From NCBI RefSeq assembly GCF_001194135.2, contig NC_068995.1, forward strand, positions 54,832,812 to 54,896,811: a stretch of DNA of 64,000 nt. The letters run 5' to 3'. Below the pieces are notes generated by a model. That model was not told the DNA's origin and did no database searches. It was given only the letters and a program-made list of their open reading frames with translations. The position numbers and the translations under genes were made by a program. Below are positions 40,452-54,864 of this stretch, piece by piece (within the stretch, counting starts at the first letter, position 1; every line of letters begins with the position of its first letter). This DNA is from Octopus bimaculoides (Eukaryota).

Positions 40452-40589
40452 TCAGTGGAGAATAGGAATTCTTCGTGGAACTTTTCACTTCATCACAGAT
40501 GACAAAAATTTTCATTAGGAATTCTGATACAAAATCTTCTTGGAACTGTGACGTTGAAACAACCGAAGAACTGCGTCTATCAACATAAA
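40452..40589 (-). CDS. Candidate coding exon (YVDRRSSSVVSTSQFQEDFVSEFLMKIFVICDEVKSSTKNSYSPL)
   Basis: Acceptor ggttttattttttgaag, weak donor A|gtaaat, 138 nt, phase 1 to 1, open frame. Confidence 0.22.
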
Positions 40590-42469
40590 CTTCAAAAAAT
40601 AAAACCAGATAAACGTCAAACTATAAAACCACAGAATAGCAGTATGTACCGAACATGATTTGACATAATATAAAAGTGGACGCCTGAAATGAATCGTATA
40701 TTAAATGTTTTCACGTATGGGTGTGTAATTAACAAGTAGTATTACGCATAGGCATTAGCAAATGAGTATAAGGAAAGAAAAAAAAAACAAAGACACAACA
40801 AGTTTACATAGACCAATGTTCGAGAACTTGAACCACTGAACTAACCACTGACTCAACAATGAACTATAGTAAACTTTTGCTTTTATTCTAGTATGAGGAC
40901 GAATTATTATTGAAGTGCATTGTTGTAATGATAGCTGCAGTCAGGCTTATAATCGGAATTCGGTTCTGGTGTTTAATGAAAAGGTAATTGTTACAGCACA
41001 CTACTGATTTGCGTGTTAAGCTACATACCTATGCCTGTACTTGCTGGGCGTTTCTTAAGAAAGAGCATTGAATATTTTAGTGCACAGCGTCCGTTACAGT
41101 ATTTCCTGATCAGTTTAATGATTATATTGTTAATTTTATATCGCATCTAGCCACCATTCATTAAACTGACAAATCACTTGTCTGAGTGGATTTGTAATAA
41201 CTCAAATAATTTTGAAATTTTAGATTCTAAGGTCTTTCCTGCATAGCTACAGTTCAAATTCTGATCCGTACATGCATGCGTATTTCACTAACGAATAAAC
41301 TATTTATCCTATTGCCGTTGATATATTAACGGTAATCGCATTCGACAATTCTTCCGGTCTTTCAGGGCGTTCTTTCATTAATAACTCTGTTGATTCTATC
41401 CCATACTGACTATAGAAGAAATATCCATTTAGATTTGATGTGATTAAAAGCATCATTATCGTTTGTTGAGATGAGAAAAGATCATGATTTTATGAACGTA
41501 ATGCATGGCGTTATTGAAACATGAGTAGAAGCATGATGCATCTTACTCTTGCACATCGGGATATTAGTTAAACTAATTGTGATAACGTTGCACTTTCTTT
41601 GAATGCATGATATAGTAAAAGTATCTGAAAGTATGTTTAGTGATCCACATACAACCAAGAGAAGATTAAATGTTCACGGTGTTTTCCCCTATTTTGCGCA
41701 CCTTTGTGAAGCCAACGTCTGCCATTAACTATGTATATAACTCATTTAGTCACATCTATCTAACAATGTTTCCTGATAAGTCGAAACTTGAGGTAGTTGA
41801 TCGCTTAACATCGTTTTGAAAAGAATTCCCCAAGAGTGTAACTGAAAGTCGTTTCGCACTATTTCACTTCAGCCAATATTCACGTATGTGAAATCTAGTG
41901 CTGTCTCTCCTCCTATATATATTCCCGGTGTCTTTGAATGAACAAGAAACACTGCCCTTAGTTTCACTCGGCTACAATCAGGCGATTTAATTTCCTTTGG
42001 TCAGGTCACTATGCACAATAAGCTCTTTATTAAAATATTTTTATTACACATTTAGAAATATTCCTCACTTGCTAAATGGTATGGCTCAAAAAAAGTTACA
42101 TTTTACGGCTTTACCTCTACGAAATTGCATATACCACGCACCCCTCACCGGCAACTGATAAGGAAAAACATTTGCATCTTACTCCCTTTCAATATACTCG
42201 CTTGCACGAATGGAATAAAAATATCCAACTCTAATGCCAATTTGCACGCGAATTGCATTCACGTTTCAAAGTGAACAGAATCGTGGGGTCATCATATTAA
42301 GCTCCCGTGCACGGTGCGCTTGTATTGGTCCCTGTAAATTTAACACCTCAGTAACAACAATAGGTCTTTAAAATCTTTGCTTTGCAACTTGCCACATTTT
42401 ATACTCCTTACGTTTGGGAAACTAAATACGGTGCAGAATAAGCTGCAGTTTTGACCCTTCACTGCTTAC

Positions 42470-42527
42470 CCGTAGTGTATTTGACCAATGAGAGTTCAAC
42501 TTTATCTGCGTGATCTATATCCCATGT
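42470..42527 (-). CDS. Candidate coding exon (TWDIDHADKVELSLVKYTT)
   Basis: Acceptor tattattgattacag, donor G|gtaagc; ends in phase 1, compatible with 40452-40589. Confidence 0.22.
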
Positions 42528-43254
42528 CTGTAATCAATAATATGAAGTTCTCTGATGCCTATACTTGAGCAGAAAGGAGCCTGAGATGCCTATTTATAAT
42601 TTCAAGTTCACAACGAATTCAAACACAACATAGCTCAAATATGTGCGATTCTTTTTCCTCTGCAACCACAAATCTGCAGATTATAGTCGTATTTCTAGTA
42701 AAGTTTCTATCAGATTACTACCAACATACTGCACGATTAATTAGTGCTTTGATAATATATAGGTACTCCTACATTTACAGCGTTTGGGGAGAAAGAAACG
42801 CTGTGTGTTATAGGCAATGTGGAATCAATGAGGTGCATGTTCCTGGAAGAAAGTTTCGCCCAAATATAATTGTTTCGAAATTTGAACCTGAAAAATTATT
42901 TATACATTTCAAAAGAAAAGAAATATTGATTGCTTGTTATAGAAAAGGAGAAACAAACATTAAATATCGAATATGTTTCCTATCAGTGAAAATATGATTT
43001 TAGTTCATCGAATGAAATCAGGAGGTGTTGTACGTAATTAAAATATTAAAAAAAGAGCGAAAATATAGAACAGCGGATCTAAATAGATGTAATTTGTATA
43101 ACACAATTGTTACAGTTCTAGACTTTGTATATACTAGCGTTTAATTCACGATGATTGAATATAATTGAAGTATATTTCAAAATGCCATGGAACTATTTCA
43201 AATTGTGTTCAGAATTGAAGAGGTATTGACTGATACATGACACACATACCAATG

Positions 43255-43359
43255 CCCGTGTATGTATGTATGTATGTATGCATATATACACACATATAAA
43301 TTAATATAAATATATATATAGATATGTGTGTATATATATACACACACACACACACACAT

Positions 43360-43410
<51 letters not shown>

Positions 43411-43561
43411 TGTGTATATGTACATATATTTATATCTATATACATATATATATATGTATACATGTATGTATATACATATATACACATATATATATATCTA
43501 CACATCATATACATATATATATATATGTATATATATATAGATATATGTACATGGATATGTG

Positions 43562-43654
<93 letters not shown>

Positions 43655-43700
43655 ATATATATATGCAGATATGTGAATATAAATATGCATGAATACATGT
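43255..43700. repeat. Long compound (AT)/(AC)/(GT) purine-pyrimidine tract
   Basis: Direct reading. Confidence 0.95.
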
Positions 43701-46146
43701 GTGTATTTGTTTCTATGCGTATATGAGCGTGGGGGAGGGGGCCAACATTCTAACTGTGCGCATATATGTATATGTTTTGCCTTTGCATGTGTCTGTTTGC
43801 CTGCGTAGATATGTTTTTTTAATCAAAATTTTGTAGATGAGTTTAGTAACATTTCCTGTTGTCATAATTTTTTGGGTACATTCCTTGCGTAAATAACATT
43901 TAAGAATGAAATTGTTCTTTAATTGCACTTAACGAAAGTTCTGAAATTATCTTTAAAAATGAAATTATATCTTTCCTTTGAAGACATGGGAAATATGAAA
44001 ACTGTGAATATATTAACGAAAGGAAAAGAAAACAATGAAAGCACTCGCTTAGTAACGTTACTGTCGCAAAATTTCTGATTTTATAATGTTTTTGTTTTTC
44101 AGTTAATAATACAAAAGAACAGAAGGCATATAAAATGAAGACTGGAAAATACAGATGGTCATGTTATATGCAACATTTTTTTGAAAGTAGTTTATTGATT
44201 GTTAAATCATCTGAGAATTGGTAATTCATGTGAAAAACACTTACGAAGTTTCGATATGGTTCCGTTGATGACTATGTCCCTGTGTCTGCCTATCCTAATA
44301 GTAGAACATGTTTCTGTCGCAGATCACCTGAATCACAGGCGGTTATGAATTGGAGGTAAAGGGTTCCACCACATACCTCTAGTTAACAATACGTTTTTAC
44401 TTCCGTTCGTCATTGAGAACCCAGGAAAATTTTCAAATGATTGAGACAAATAAAACAAACATAAAAGAAAAACATATTTGTCTGCGTGTGTGCGTGTGTA
44501 TAAATCTACACATGTATATGATTATATTTATATAAGTGTGTGTTTCTCTGTGTGTGTGGAAAACAATGACTGGCGCACTTACTAAGATACGAACTTGCGT
44601 ACAGACACACGGGAATGCACGCTAAGTCTGTTTACCATTCAGAAAATGCTTGTGCTCTTTTTTCTCCCTATTTCCCACAGATCCACGGAGATTACACGAT
44701 ATTGCTTTGAATGATATAATCGAATATAGTAATTATACTGAGGCGTGTGTGTTTATTGGTGTGCATATATGTACGTATCTACGTACATATTTAAGTTGTA
44801 ATAGATGACAAATATAAGAACACCGATCGACTTCCTGTTTAATGTCGACTCAGCTATAATTGAATTCTAGTCACGTTTTCAACTTTATACAAAAGACACT
44901 AAAGTAATGAATTCTTGAAAAGTTGAAAACTAGAACACACATGCACAAAGTGTCACGCAGTGGAATGGCACAACAATCGAAGTAACTCATTGCTTTTGAT
45001 TTCATAAATAATTAAAACACATCCCCAACAGGGAAATATTTATAATAATCGAAATCGACAATTAACAGAACAGTTAATGACTACAAACACATACGCATAC
45101 ACACGAACTGCATGGATGTATGAATGTATATGTGTATATGTCTATATGTCTATATGAGTATATATGTATTTATATATATATGTGTGTGAGCGTGTGTGTA
45201 TATACAATCTATACACGCGCACAGACACACACACCTATGTAAACAATGGTATATTTGCATTGGAATATGATTTCAGAAAATGTAGGCTCTTTGTTTATTT
45301 TGAATACATAACTGGTGAATGAATTATGTGGAACGTTTGTTTACATTGTGCAATAATAGTTACTAGCAAAAGTGAGAAAGCTTGCTGAATAACGTATTGT
45401 CTCCAAATAAGCGTAATATGACTGGTTTCCCCTGAGAACATTGTCAAACTTAATATTTCATGACAGTAACGCGATCTATAATAGCTGTATGTTAATTTCA
45501 GTTCTCATAAAAACATAACCCAAATATGTAACGCAATTATTAGAAGAATTGTTTGCTTAAAAATGTGGTATTTACACATATATATATATGTGTGTGTGGG
45601 AGGGGTGAGGACGTTTGTGTGTGTGTATGTATTCTTTGCGTATGTATGTATATACTTACATATATATATATGTATACATAGATTTATAATCTTCACAATT
45701 TCCAAGTGAAAATTTGTAGCGAAACATCTGATGTTCAATGAAAGCACATATTGGTGCTACAATTTCGTCATTGCAAGTAGGCATATAAATCAAAATTACT
45801 GTATCAACATCAGCAATTCCATACACATATTGTCTGTCTTGGGAAAAGATCACTCTGGATATTTTCAGGAAATTAAATAGTTTGATATCTTACAGTCCTG
45901 ATATGCCTCGAACGATTGTAATGAATACTCATGTAATATGAAATACACATTACCTCTTGCAATTTGTAGCACGGTATGTGGAAAAATATCAATATTTGAA
46001 GAACTTATCAAACGCGAAGTTGACAAATTCAGGTCTAGCGATGAAAATCCAGATACTCGTACCATGTATCCAGTACTTGCTGTCTGTTAATCGGGTGATC
46101 CGTAACCAATCTGGTGCCTCCAACTCCACCTGGACTTCCAGGTGCG

Positions 46147-46183
<37 letters not shown>

Positions 46184-47195
46184 ACACACGAGATGCCGAA
46201 GCAGATATCCGCCCCGACATCATTAATTTTTTGTTATCATACCATTACCATTAATATATATATATATATATATATACATAATGTGTGTGTGGGGGGGGGA
46301 GTCTATATAACTGAGTGAATGATTGTATGTGGCATATGTATGCAGATATATATACGCACACACACACACACGTCTGGCTATTTTCAGGTACAGTCTAGCA
46401 AAAGAGCCCGAGGTTTTCGAGAAAATAGTAGCTCAATCTGCCTCACTGTTGGACAGAGACCGTTGCCATGTGGTTGGGAAGCTTATTGTGTATCACACAG
46501 CTAGGTCTAGGACTATACGTATATACATATGAATAATTTACGTATGAATAATTCAGGTGTATATAAACAACAGAGGAACCAAAAGCAACAATTTAATTTA
46601 TGAGGCTATTTTTCTCTTTTGCTATATTGTGTTAAGGAACTACAATTGAAATTTCAATACCTTGGAAGTTATACATTATCTACAAAATCAAAGTAATTCG
46701 CCTCTGCACCTGTGGGAATGTTGCCTATGTTGATATTCCATCAAAGTGTCACTAACTACAAATGTTGCGTGTTATTTCCCATAAATAACCACCCCCCGAA
46801 TGTGCTGCGTGTAAATTAGAAGGAGAATTGCTTCCTGAAAGTTCCATATGTATCAATTAAGGCATACAGTTATATACATACCTACATTAAATTACGCACA
46901 CTAGTACACATACTCATTCACACACGCATTTCTATACTTATCTATATACACATGTACACATGTCAGACACATACGTGTATGTATATATATATGAAGGTGT
47001 GTGTTTGCCTTTTAGTGTGTCAATACGGCAGTGTATTCCTATACAGATTCCTAATAAATTATACTTTCTAATGAAAGTATGTGGAATATAATCTCTAACT
47101 TAGAACTTTACTCTAAGTTCACCAGCTGTGATTATAAATGTAGGAAATAAAGTGTTCCAAATAAATATTCTTCTCAGATGTAATTCTTATACGCA

Positions 47196-47201
47196 TGTGT
47201 A

Positions 47202-47290
<89 letters not shown>

Positions 47291-47325
47291 GTCTATATGT
47301 CTATTTATTTATTTATCTATCTATT
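47196..47325. repeat. (ATCT)n microsatellite
   Basis: Direct reading. Confidence 0.95.
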
Positions 47326-47415
47326 GTTGACCTAGTCAGGTGGTACCTATCACTCTTTATCGTAAGGGCCTAGAAAAATAAGAAAACCCATTCTCCCTTT
47401 ACATAGAAAATAACT

Positions 47416-47705
47416 ACTAGGTTGTCAATAAAGTCCTAGCAGAATTTTTAATATCGGTTTTAAATGCCTCATTTTCAAATTAATTTTCGTTAAATTACTT
47501 TGATTGTGTATATCATTTTAAAGCCCATTTTTCGCTCCATCTAATCGTGTTACTCTTTATCTCCTTGAATTATTAGGCCATTTCTTCCAGAACGTTGAAT
47601 ACAACATGGACAACAAACAACTTCGCACAATTTTATTATTCCAGTTCAAGCTAGACCGAAAAGCTGCTGAAACACCTCGCGATATCAACGATGCGTTTTG
47701 GTTGT
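47416..47705 (+). mobile_element. Mariner left end with transposase N-terminus
   Basis: From ATG 47606: MDNKQLRTILLFQFKLDRKAAETPRDINDAF, typical of the mariner N-terminal DNA-binding region; TIR-like tactaggttgtcaataaagtc upstream. Confidence 0.8.
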
Positions 47706-47851
47706 GGTTCAATTCAATCTAAAACCTCTTCCTCGCTTAGTTTAATTGGATGTAAACCCAAACATAACACATATTTCGAATTACATTGTGAAGGATGCAG
47801 TTATATCATTAGAAGAAAGCCGCATTCTATACTCATAGATAATATAAAAGA

Positions 47852-48774
47852 ATATATATAATTATCCCTGACTATCCTTGATCGAACAATGCATGAGAGG
47901 TTTGGTGTCGAAAATAGAGACAATGAAATGATATATAATGATATTCAAGATATTGGAAACTCCAAAAATATAAAGAAGTTATCATATTGCAATTTCAACA
48001 TGGATCACGATCTGTTTGTCTGATAATACTACTGGAAAGAAATCCTATATTATTGAAACTGGAGAGAAGCTCGATGATTAATGCGGAGAGACGCAGCATA
48101 TCTTCAATAGAATTTATGTTTGTACACGTTAGATTATCTGCTACGAGTATCAATGTTATAGATTGCTTGCTCTTGAATATCAAAACAGATTAATGATCAT
48201 TGTAAACAACGACAGCAAAATATGTGTAAGAACAGTTAAGCATTTCGCTGCAATGTTGTGTAATATGCAACATTAAATAAACATTTATATTATATATATT
48301 GTCGCATATTGTGTAGAAAATGAGCGGAAAGCAGAAGTTGTCTTGATTTGAAAAAAAAAAACCCCGCAAAACGGACTAAATGCAATGATGCGATATGACA
48401 ACGTAAAATTTCTTCAAAGAAGATGCAAACCAGAATGCGTAATATTTTCATTTACACATGCTATCATACATAACTTAATTAACTTAGTCCAAGATAGAGT
48501 TTTAGGACAGTCAGAGATCTATCAAAATTTATAGTTTGAAAGCTAAGTTAAGTTATATATATATAATTATCCCTGACTATACTTGATCGAACAATGCATC
48601 TTAGCGATGCATGAGAGGTTTGGTGTCGAAAATAGAGACAATGAAATGATATATAATGATATTCAAGATATTGGAAACTCCAAAAATATAAAGAAGTTAT
48701 ATTGCAATTTCAACATGGATCACAATCTGTTTGTCTGATAATACTACTGGAAAGAAATCCTGTATTATTGAAAC
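47852..48774. repeat. Local direct duplication of about 210 bp (47852-48059 and 48555-48774)
   Basis: Near-identical copies differing by a few substitutions and two small indels. Confidence 0.9.
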
Positions 48775-49403
48775 ATTTATATTTCAATAATATATGACAT
48801 CAAATATATATACAAACACAGACACACTCGTAAACATGACTAACACATTAGTTCTTTTCTTCTGTGAGACATGACATAAGTCGCTACAGAAAATGATGAT
48901 ATAACCCTGATTATAATCTGCAATATTTTAGTGGATGATGTCTGTGATATCGCATTTATATTTATTCCGAGAACGCGGATCTCATATATGAAATGCATTA
49001 CATTGATGGTTGAGAGAGGGACCAAAGACAAGAGTATAATTCTGGCGATGATAGAAATATATTTACAAGATATGTCATATTTCATTTCGAAATAAAAAAA
49101 ACATGTGTGTCTAAATGCTGTTTCAGTATAAAGGTTTTAATAATCGAAATACAGCAATATAGAAAGATCTATAGCACATCCATCATAAAAGGTATTTCAA
49201 TTACATTTGAAAGAATGCAAAAATTAAATACAATGGTATACAGTTTATCTCATACATGCATAAATGATTAAGAAGTATACTCGCTTGATATGGATGTCAA
49301 ATATTGTGCTATAAATGATTTTGATTAGGATATATTATTTGATCAATGGCAATTGAAGTATGAAAGTAATGGAAGATCCTACAACAATGTAGTTTGTGTA
49401 TAG

Positions 49404-49462
49404 GTACAATTTACATTTGAGGAATTATATGGAAATGTAACACAAAGTGAAGCAACGAGAGC
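49404..49462 (+). CDS. Candidate short exon (VQFTFEELYGNVTQSEATR)
   Basis: Acceptor tttgtgtatag, consensus donor GC|gtaagt, open in phase 0. Confidence 0.2.
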
Positions 49463-49657
49463 GTAAGTTATATCAATTTTCGCATAAGTGAACAGTAGCT
49501 CTTAGGAATGACATTACCTTCAGAGTTGAGTTTAAAACTCGATTTGTAAGCAGTAAAGAATATCTATTTGATGTTACTGCACTATATATAATTATAAGAC
49601 AGAGCACCTGCAAAATTTTACATTAAATTAGGGTGTAAATATCATGATAGCTTGTTT

Positions 49658-49692
<35 letters not shown>

Positions 49693-50239
49693 GTGTGTGA
49701 GTGTGAGTGTATGCGTATGTGTGCGCGTGTGTAAAGATTTCTTTTAAAAAATTAAATTTTCTAGAGAAAGTATCTAACAGAATATCATTAATTTTGTGGG
49801 AGAATATTGCGTATAATGTGTATTTTGGGTGTCATTGCTTTTGGGTCGCAATCACACCTGTTCTTTGCTAATCCGTGTAAATAAAGTTGGTTTTGTAATC
49901 CTGTCACCTATTTCTCCTTCAATTTCGAATATATAAAGTATTTTTATTGCCTTCTTAGTCAACCATTTTCATCGTTTATTTTGTAAAAGTGGAATATTCT
50001 AAATTTCTTATTGGCAGAAGTGTCTAGATGTTTAGTGCAGGGAACATTTCTAAGAAATCAATGACAAATTCACTGTTTATGCACGTATACAGCGCTTGAT
50101 AGCTTTTCCCTAGTTTCACCAATGCAATTCTCGTTGCATTGTGATTCAGTAGGTACAACTTTTCCTCTTTCAATTAATGTTTGCATTCACTTTCAAATAT
50201 TTCCCATGCTAGAATTTAGGGATTGATCCCTGGAAAATT

Positions 50240-50700
50240 CCTTCAATTAATAAAGAAACATCCATACTCATTCCGGTTCATTATTAAAATGAGTGACAAG
50301 GAACCTCCTTCTCTGGATAACCTAAGAATTTAAAAACATGAGGCAACTAGAACCGATCTCTACCGAAGGTCACAGACATATATCAATAACATCAATATTT
50401 AGATTTTCGATCTTTCCACTCTTATCACAAAAAAAAATAACAAGAAAATATCTAATATGTTAATATGCATAAGCTCCATAGTTACAAATAGAAATAGAGT
50501 AGAGAAACGACTGGAAGAACTAAGTAATAGAAATATCCCGAATTCCAATAAATCATGCCATAAGAAAACTAAAAGAAATTTTGATCACTTCCATACGAAG
50601 GAAAACATTGAAAATTAATATGAAAATTCAAATATAAATATTCTATTTGTAGTCAAACAATCCTAGGAACCACATTATCCTACATTCGGCCAAATGATAC
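50240..50700 (+). mobile_element. Penelope-like element RT C-terminal remnant
   Basis: Frameshifted pieces KMSDKEPPSLDNL, RTDLYRR and IVTNRNRVEKRLEEL resemble PLE motifs ELPFLD, TDIYRKPT and RICTIV...RLEEL. Confidence 0.6.
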
Positions 50701-52321
50701 CTCTCAATTCTACATCAACCATCGGATCTCCGAAAATTAATTAGAAAGTGTTGTGCCGACACACCCAGACGATGAAGTAGGCTAGCCCAATACGTAGATA
50801 TACGGGGAGAAGTTCACACAGCCACGCTTGCACTAATCATTTATAGCTTTTTTAGCATGTATGTGTGTTCTCAAAACGAAACAATATTTGTAGGTAAATA
50901 TAATGTTAAATTTTCTATTGTATCCCCGATATTGATTCAAAATCAATTCGCACCAAAATATCCATCCAGATCAGAAACTTATATTCCCCAGGTATTCATC
51001 CATCCTATATATGTTTTAATTCAGCGGTTTCGTGTTCATATATGGTCGAATAATTCCTTATTAAATGATATAATTCTTCCTGCGTTCATTTTATTCCAAA
51101 TTTCAATACGTTCATTCAACTACAAATTATTTCACTGAATATCTAATCGCGTTTTTCTATGGGGTACAAGTTGTTTGGATGTATTTCTGTAATTTTGCGG
51201 TTTGCTTTCAATATAACACTTCCTGTTTGTTCAATATATTTATCCTGTTTAATGAAAATAATTGACTGTGAGTCTATAATCTTATCTATAAAATAAACAA
51301 TAATTATGGCAGCTGTTTACGAAAGGAAGCAAAATTGATTCTTACAATTTGAATATCTGTATGCAAAACAAACTGCTCAAATATGCTATCAAACTGCTCA
51401 GATACGCTATCAAATTTAATGGCCAGCGCAATGAATTATGCTTTCTATAATTAATATTATTTTAATATATCTATGTAATTTCTCTCTTCAAAGATTAACG
51501 GCGCGGAAAATAGTGGGATCGTTGTGAAATTTCAGTAACCGGAGTATTATCTTCATGTTTATTTCTAACCACTATATACTTCTTGTAATAATAAACTTCT
51601 ACAGGAAATCTGTATACTGCGTAGAATAACCTCGAGCGTATAACTGCTACACTTACCGCCATGAAATTATCATATATCCACATAAGTCATATATACATAT
51701 GCGGAGGTGAGCTCCTGGTAAGGTCGATACTGTACATGTGCACAAGAAAGGTTCATAGTGTAGAAGTATATTGAATAATATACAACAAATGCAGTATATA
51801 CACGATATGAGTTCGCATTCCAAAACTAGCTTGCTTCTAGAACGGAAGGTGTGTAGTTTTTCAACAGTTAATGACTCTCACCATGGAAATATTTTATACT
51901 GATATTTATATTTGTGTATTTGGCTGATATAAGTAAATGTTCTTAAAAACGTAATGCAATACGGTAATATACTTAACAGAACTTCATTACATCATTAAAT
52001 GTCTTATAATATAATGGTAATTACGCAAAGAAAGGAAACAATTCAGAAGATCTGATGTCTTTCTCTCCAATTATTAATGGAAAAGATTATATATATATTA
52101 ATAGTTATCGCCAAGCCAACATGGCAGTCCCAAAATTAGGACGAAAGACTTAGAAATATTAATAACTCTATTATATATATATATATATATATATGTGGCA
52201 ATATACTTTATCGTGCAGTTACTGTTAATACTTCATTTAGAGAATTAACATTGCTTGTTTTCACCTTTTCGATATCAGTGAAGAATTTCACTTGAAAAGA
52301 AGATATAAGATTGCCAGGTTT

Positions 52322-53190
52322 NNNNNNNNNNNNNNNNNNNNNNNNNNNNNNNNNNNNNNNNNNNNNNNNNNNNNNNNNNNNNNNNNNNNNNNNNNNNNNN
52401 NNNNNNNNNNNNNNNNNNNNNNNNNNNNNNNNNNNNNNNNNNNNNNNNNNNNNNNNNNNNNNNNNNNNNNNNNNNNNNNNNNNNNNNNNNNNNNNNNNNN
52501 NNNNNNNNNNNNNNNNNNNNNNNNNNNNNNNNNNNNNNNNNNNNNNNNNNNNNNNNNNNNNNNNNNNNNNNNNNNNNNNNNNNNNNNNNNNNNNNNNNNN
52601 NNNNNNNNNNNNNNNNNNNNNNNNNNNNNNNNNNNNNNNNNNNNNNNNNNNNNNNNNNNNNNNNNNNNNNNNNNNNNNNNNNNNNNNNNNNNNNNNNNNN
52701 NNNNNNNNNNNNNNNNNNNNNNNNNNNNNNNNNNNNNNNNNNNNNNNNNNNNNNNNNNNNNNNNNNNNNNNNNNNNNNNNNNNNNNNNNNNNNNNNNNNN
52801 NNNNNNNNNNNNNNNNNNNNNNNNNNNNNNNNNNNNNNNNNNNNNNNNNNNNNNNNNNNNNNNNNNNNNNNNNNNNNNNNNNNNNNNNNNNNNNNNNNNN
52901 NNNNNNNNNNNNNNNNNNNNNNNNNNNNNNNNNNNNNNNNNNNNNNNNNNNNNNNNNNNNNNNNNNNNNNNNNNNNNNNNNNNNNNNNNNNNNNNNNNNN
53001 NNNNNNNNNNNNNNNNNNNNNNNNNNNNNNNNNNNNNNNNNNNNNNNNNNNNNNNNNNNNNNNNNNNNNNNNNNNNNNNNNNNNNNNNNNNNNNNNNNNN
53101 NNNNNNNNNNNNNNNNNNNNNNNNNNNNNNNNNNNNNNNNNNNNNNNNNNNNNNNNNNNNNNNNNNNNNNNNNNNNNNNNNNNNNNNNNN
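52322..53190. other. Assembly gap (N run)
   Basis: Direct reading; the 300+ aa ORFs here are artefacts. Confidence 0.99.
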
Positions 53191-54723
53191 ATATATATAT
53201 ATATATATATAAACTGAAATTATACTGGTAGTGGTGGTGGAGGTGGTGCTGGTGATAATAGTAGTAGTAGTGGTGGTGACGCTAGTGGTGGTGGTGTTAG
53301 AATAAAAGATATGCGTTGATATTTTTCGAGGCCCATATGGGCTTACCAGAATCGATGTAGTTAACATATACGCGTGCGTGTGTATATATATGTGTGTGTT
53401 TTGTGTGTTTTTGTGTGTGCGCGCGTATGCGTGTGCGTACTTATGAGTATATGTACGTGTGGTTATATTCCAGTAGGGAGGATATGATTTATTTCATAAC
53501 AAATAGCGTAACATTTAGTTTTATGCGGAGCTTCTCTCATCGATGCGCCTATTTTTATTGTTTAGTAGCCATTTCTAGTATCATTTCTGTTATGTGTCAT
53601 AACTGTTTTACGGTATTTATTTCAGGAAATACTAGAATTAACCAAGCATACCATTGCTGTGATAAACAGATAGCAGGAATGTTGGGGAATTAACGAAATG
53701 TTGGACTCTGAACTATAAAACAAAATCTAATTGAGAAAAAAATATTGATGTTATCTAGGATCAAAACATAGATTAATATATTCACCCATCACAACCAATT
53801 ATTCAACAATACACAATTCACATATAATTCGACAGCAAACAAATAAATATCGAATATTATGTGAGTACGTAAAATTATCTCATGATATCTGGTTTATCTC
53901 TCAAACTAAGTTAGATATAGTTCGTGCATTGTCTCTCGTTTTGGGACCAAGTAATAATAAAAATCAGTTCAAAATTTCCAATTTTTTCCCTGTGTGAGTT
54001 ATCCGCAGACTACATTTATATTTAATATATAATTTTGTTTTTGAATGTTTTCCTTTCAATGTTATGGATGTATAGGTGGAGAAACTACTGGCTAATTTAA
54101 ACAACAAATTTAGCCATAGCAACAACTGAATAAAATACACAAACATTGTTTCCTACTCTGAAAAACTACTCCTGCAGGTATTGTTGCGGCGAGAAAAATG
54201 CATTCAGATTATACCTCCTTAAATTTATGCTTTCATTCACTCGCGCTTTTATTAATATTTGATACAATATACATCAAGCGATTATATAAAGAAAAGTAGA
54301 TGGGCTTGACATCAAACGTGGTTCTAATTTTCTATTGAATTATCACGAGGCCATATGCCAAATAATCAATTATCTATGGAAATCCCATGCGTGGAACTGA
54401 TGCTAATGCTTCATTTGCTTCCCCTCAGGTACTTTGAAAATCAGTCATTAGTGAATTTCGTTTTCTTATTTCATTTTTATTATCGCTTGTTTTTTTTTTT
54501 CATTTGAACGTAAGATAGAATTAGAATTAGTATTTTAATGTCTCAAAATTGTGTTACGTTATCGAAAAATCAAAGCGTACGACTACAAGTGGGATTTGAA
54601 GCATCATTAGAAACTCATGATTGATGCCATATATATTCCTCGACCGTAAGACAAGTGAAATTTCAAGGGAAGCATGGTATTTCATTGTAAAATGATTTTT
54701 CAGTTGCGTTAGCCATTATTGCT

Positions 54724-54784
54724 ATCATCATCATCATCATCATCATCATCACGATCACCATCACCATTGTCATCGTTATCATCA

Positions 54785-54840
<56 letters not shown>

Positions 54841-54846
54841 ATTATT
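54724..54846. repeat. (ATC)n grading into (ATT)n, at the 3' end of a Dong-like LINE
   Basis: Direct reading. Confidence 0.95.
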
Positions 54847-54864
54847 CATATATATGCAACAAAT

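Noticed and set aside
47770-49085. Regularly spaced repeats or ORFs suggesting a CRISPR-like or coding array
   Set aside because: There are only two long copies and no repeat-spacer periodicity; the open frames on both strands have no recognisable motifs.
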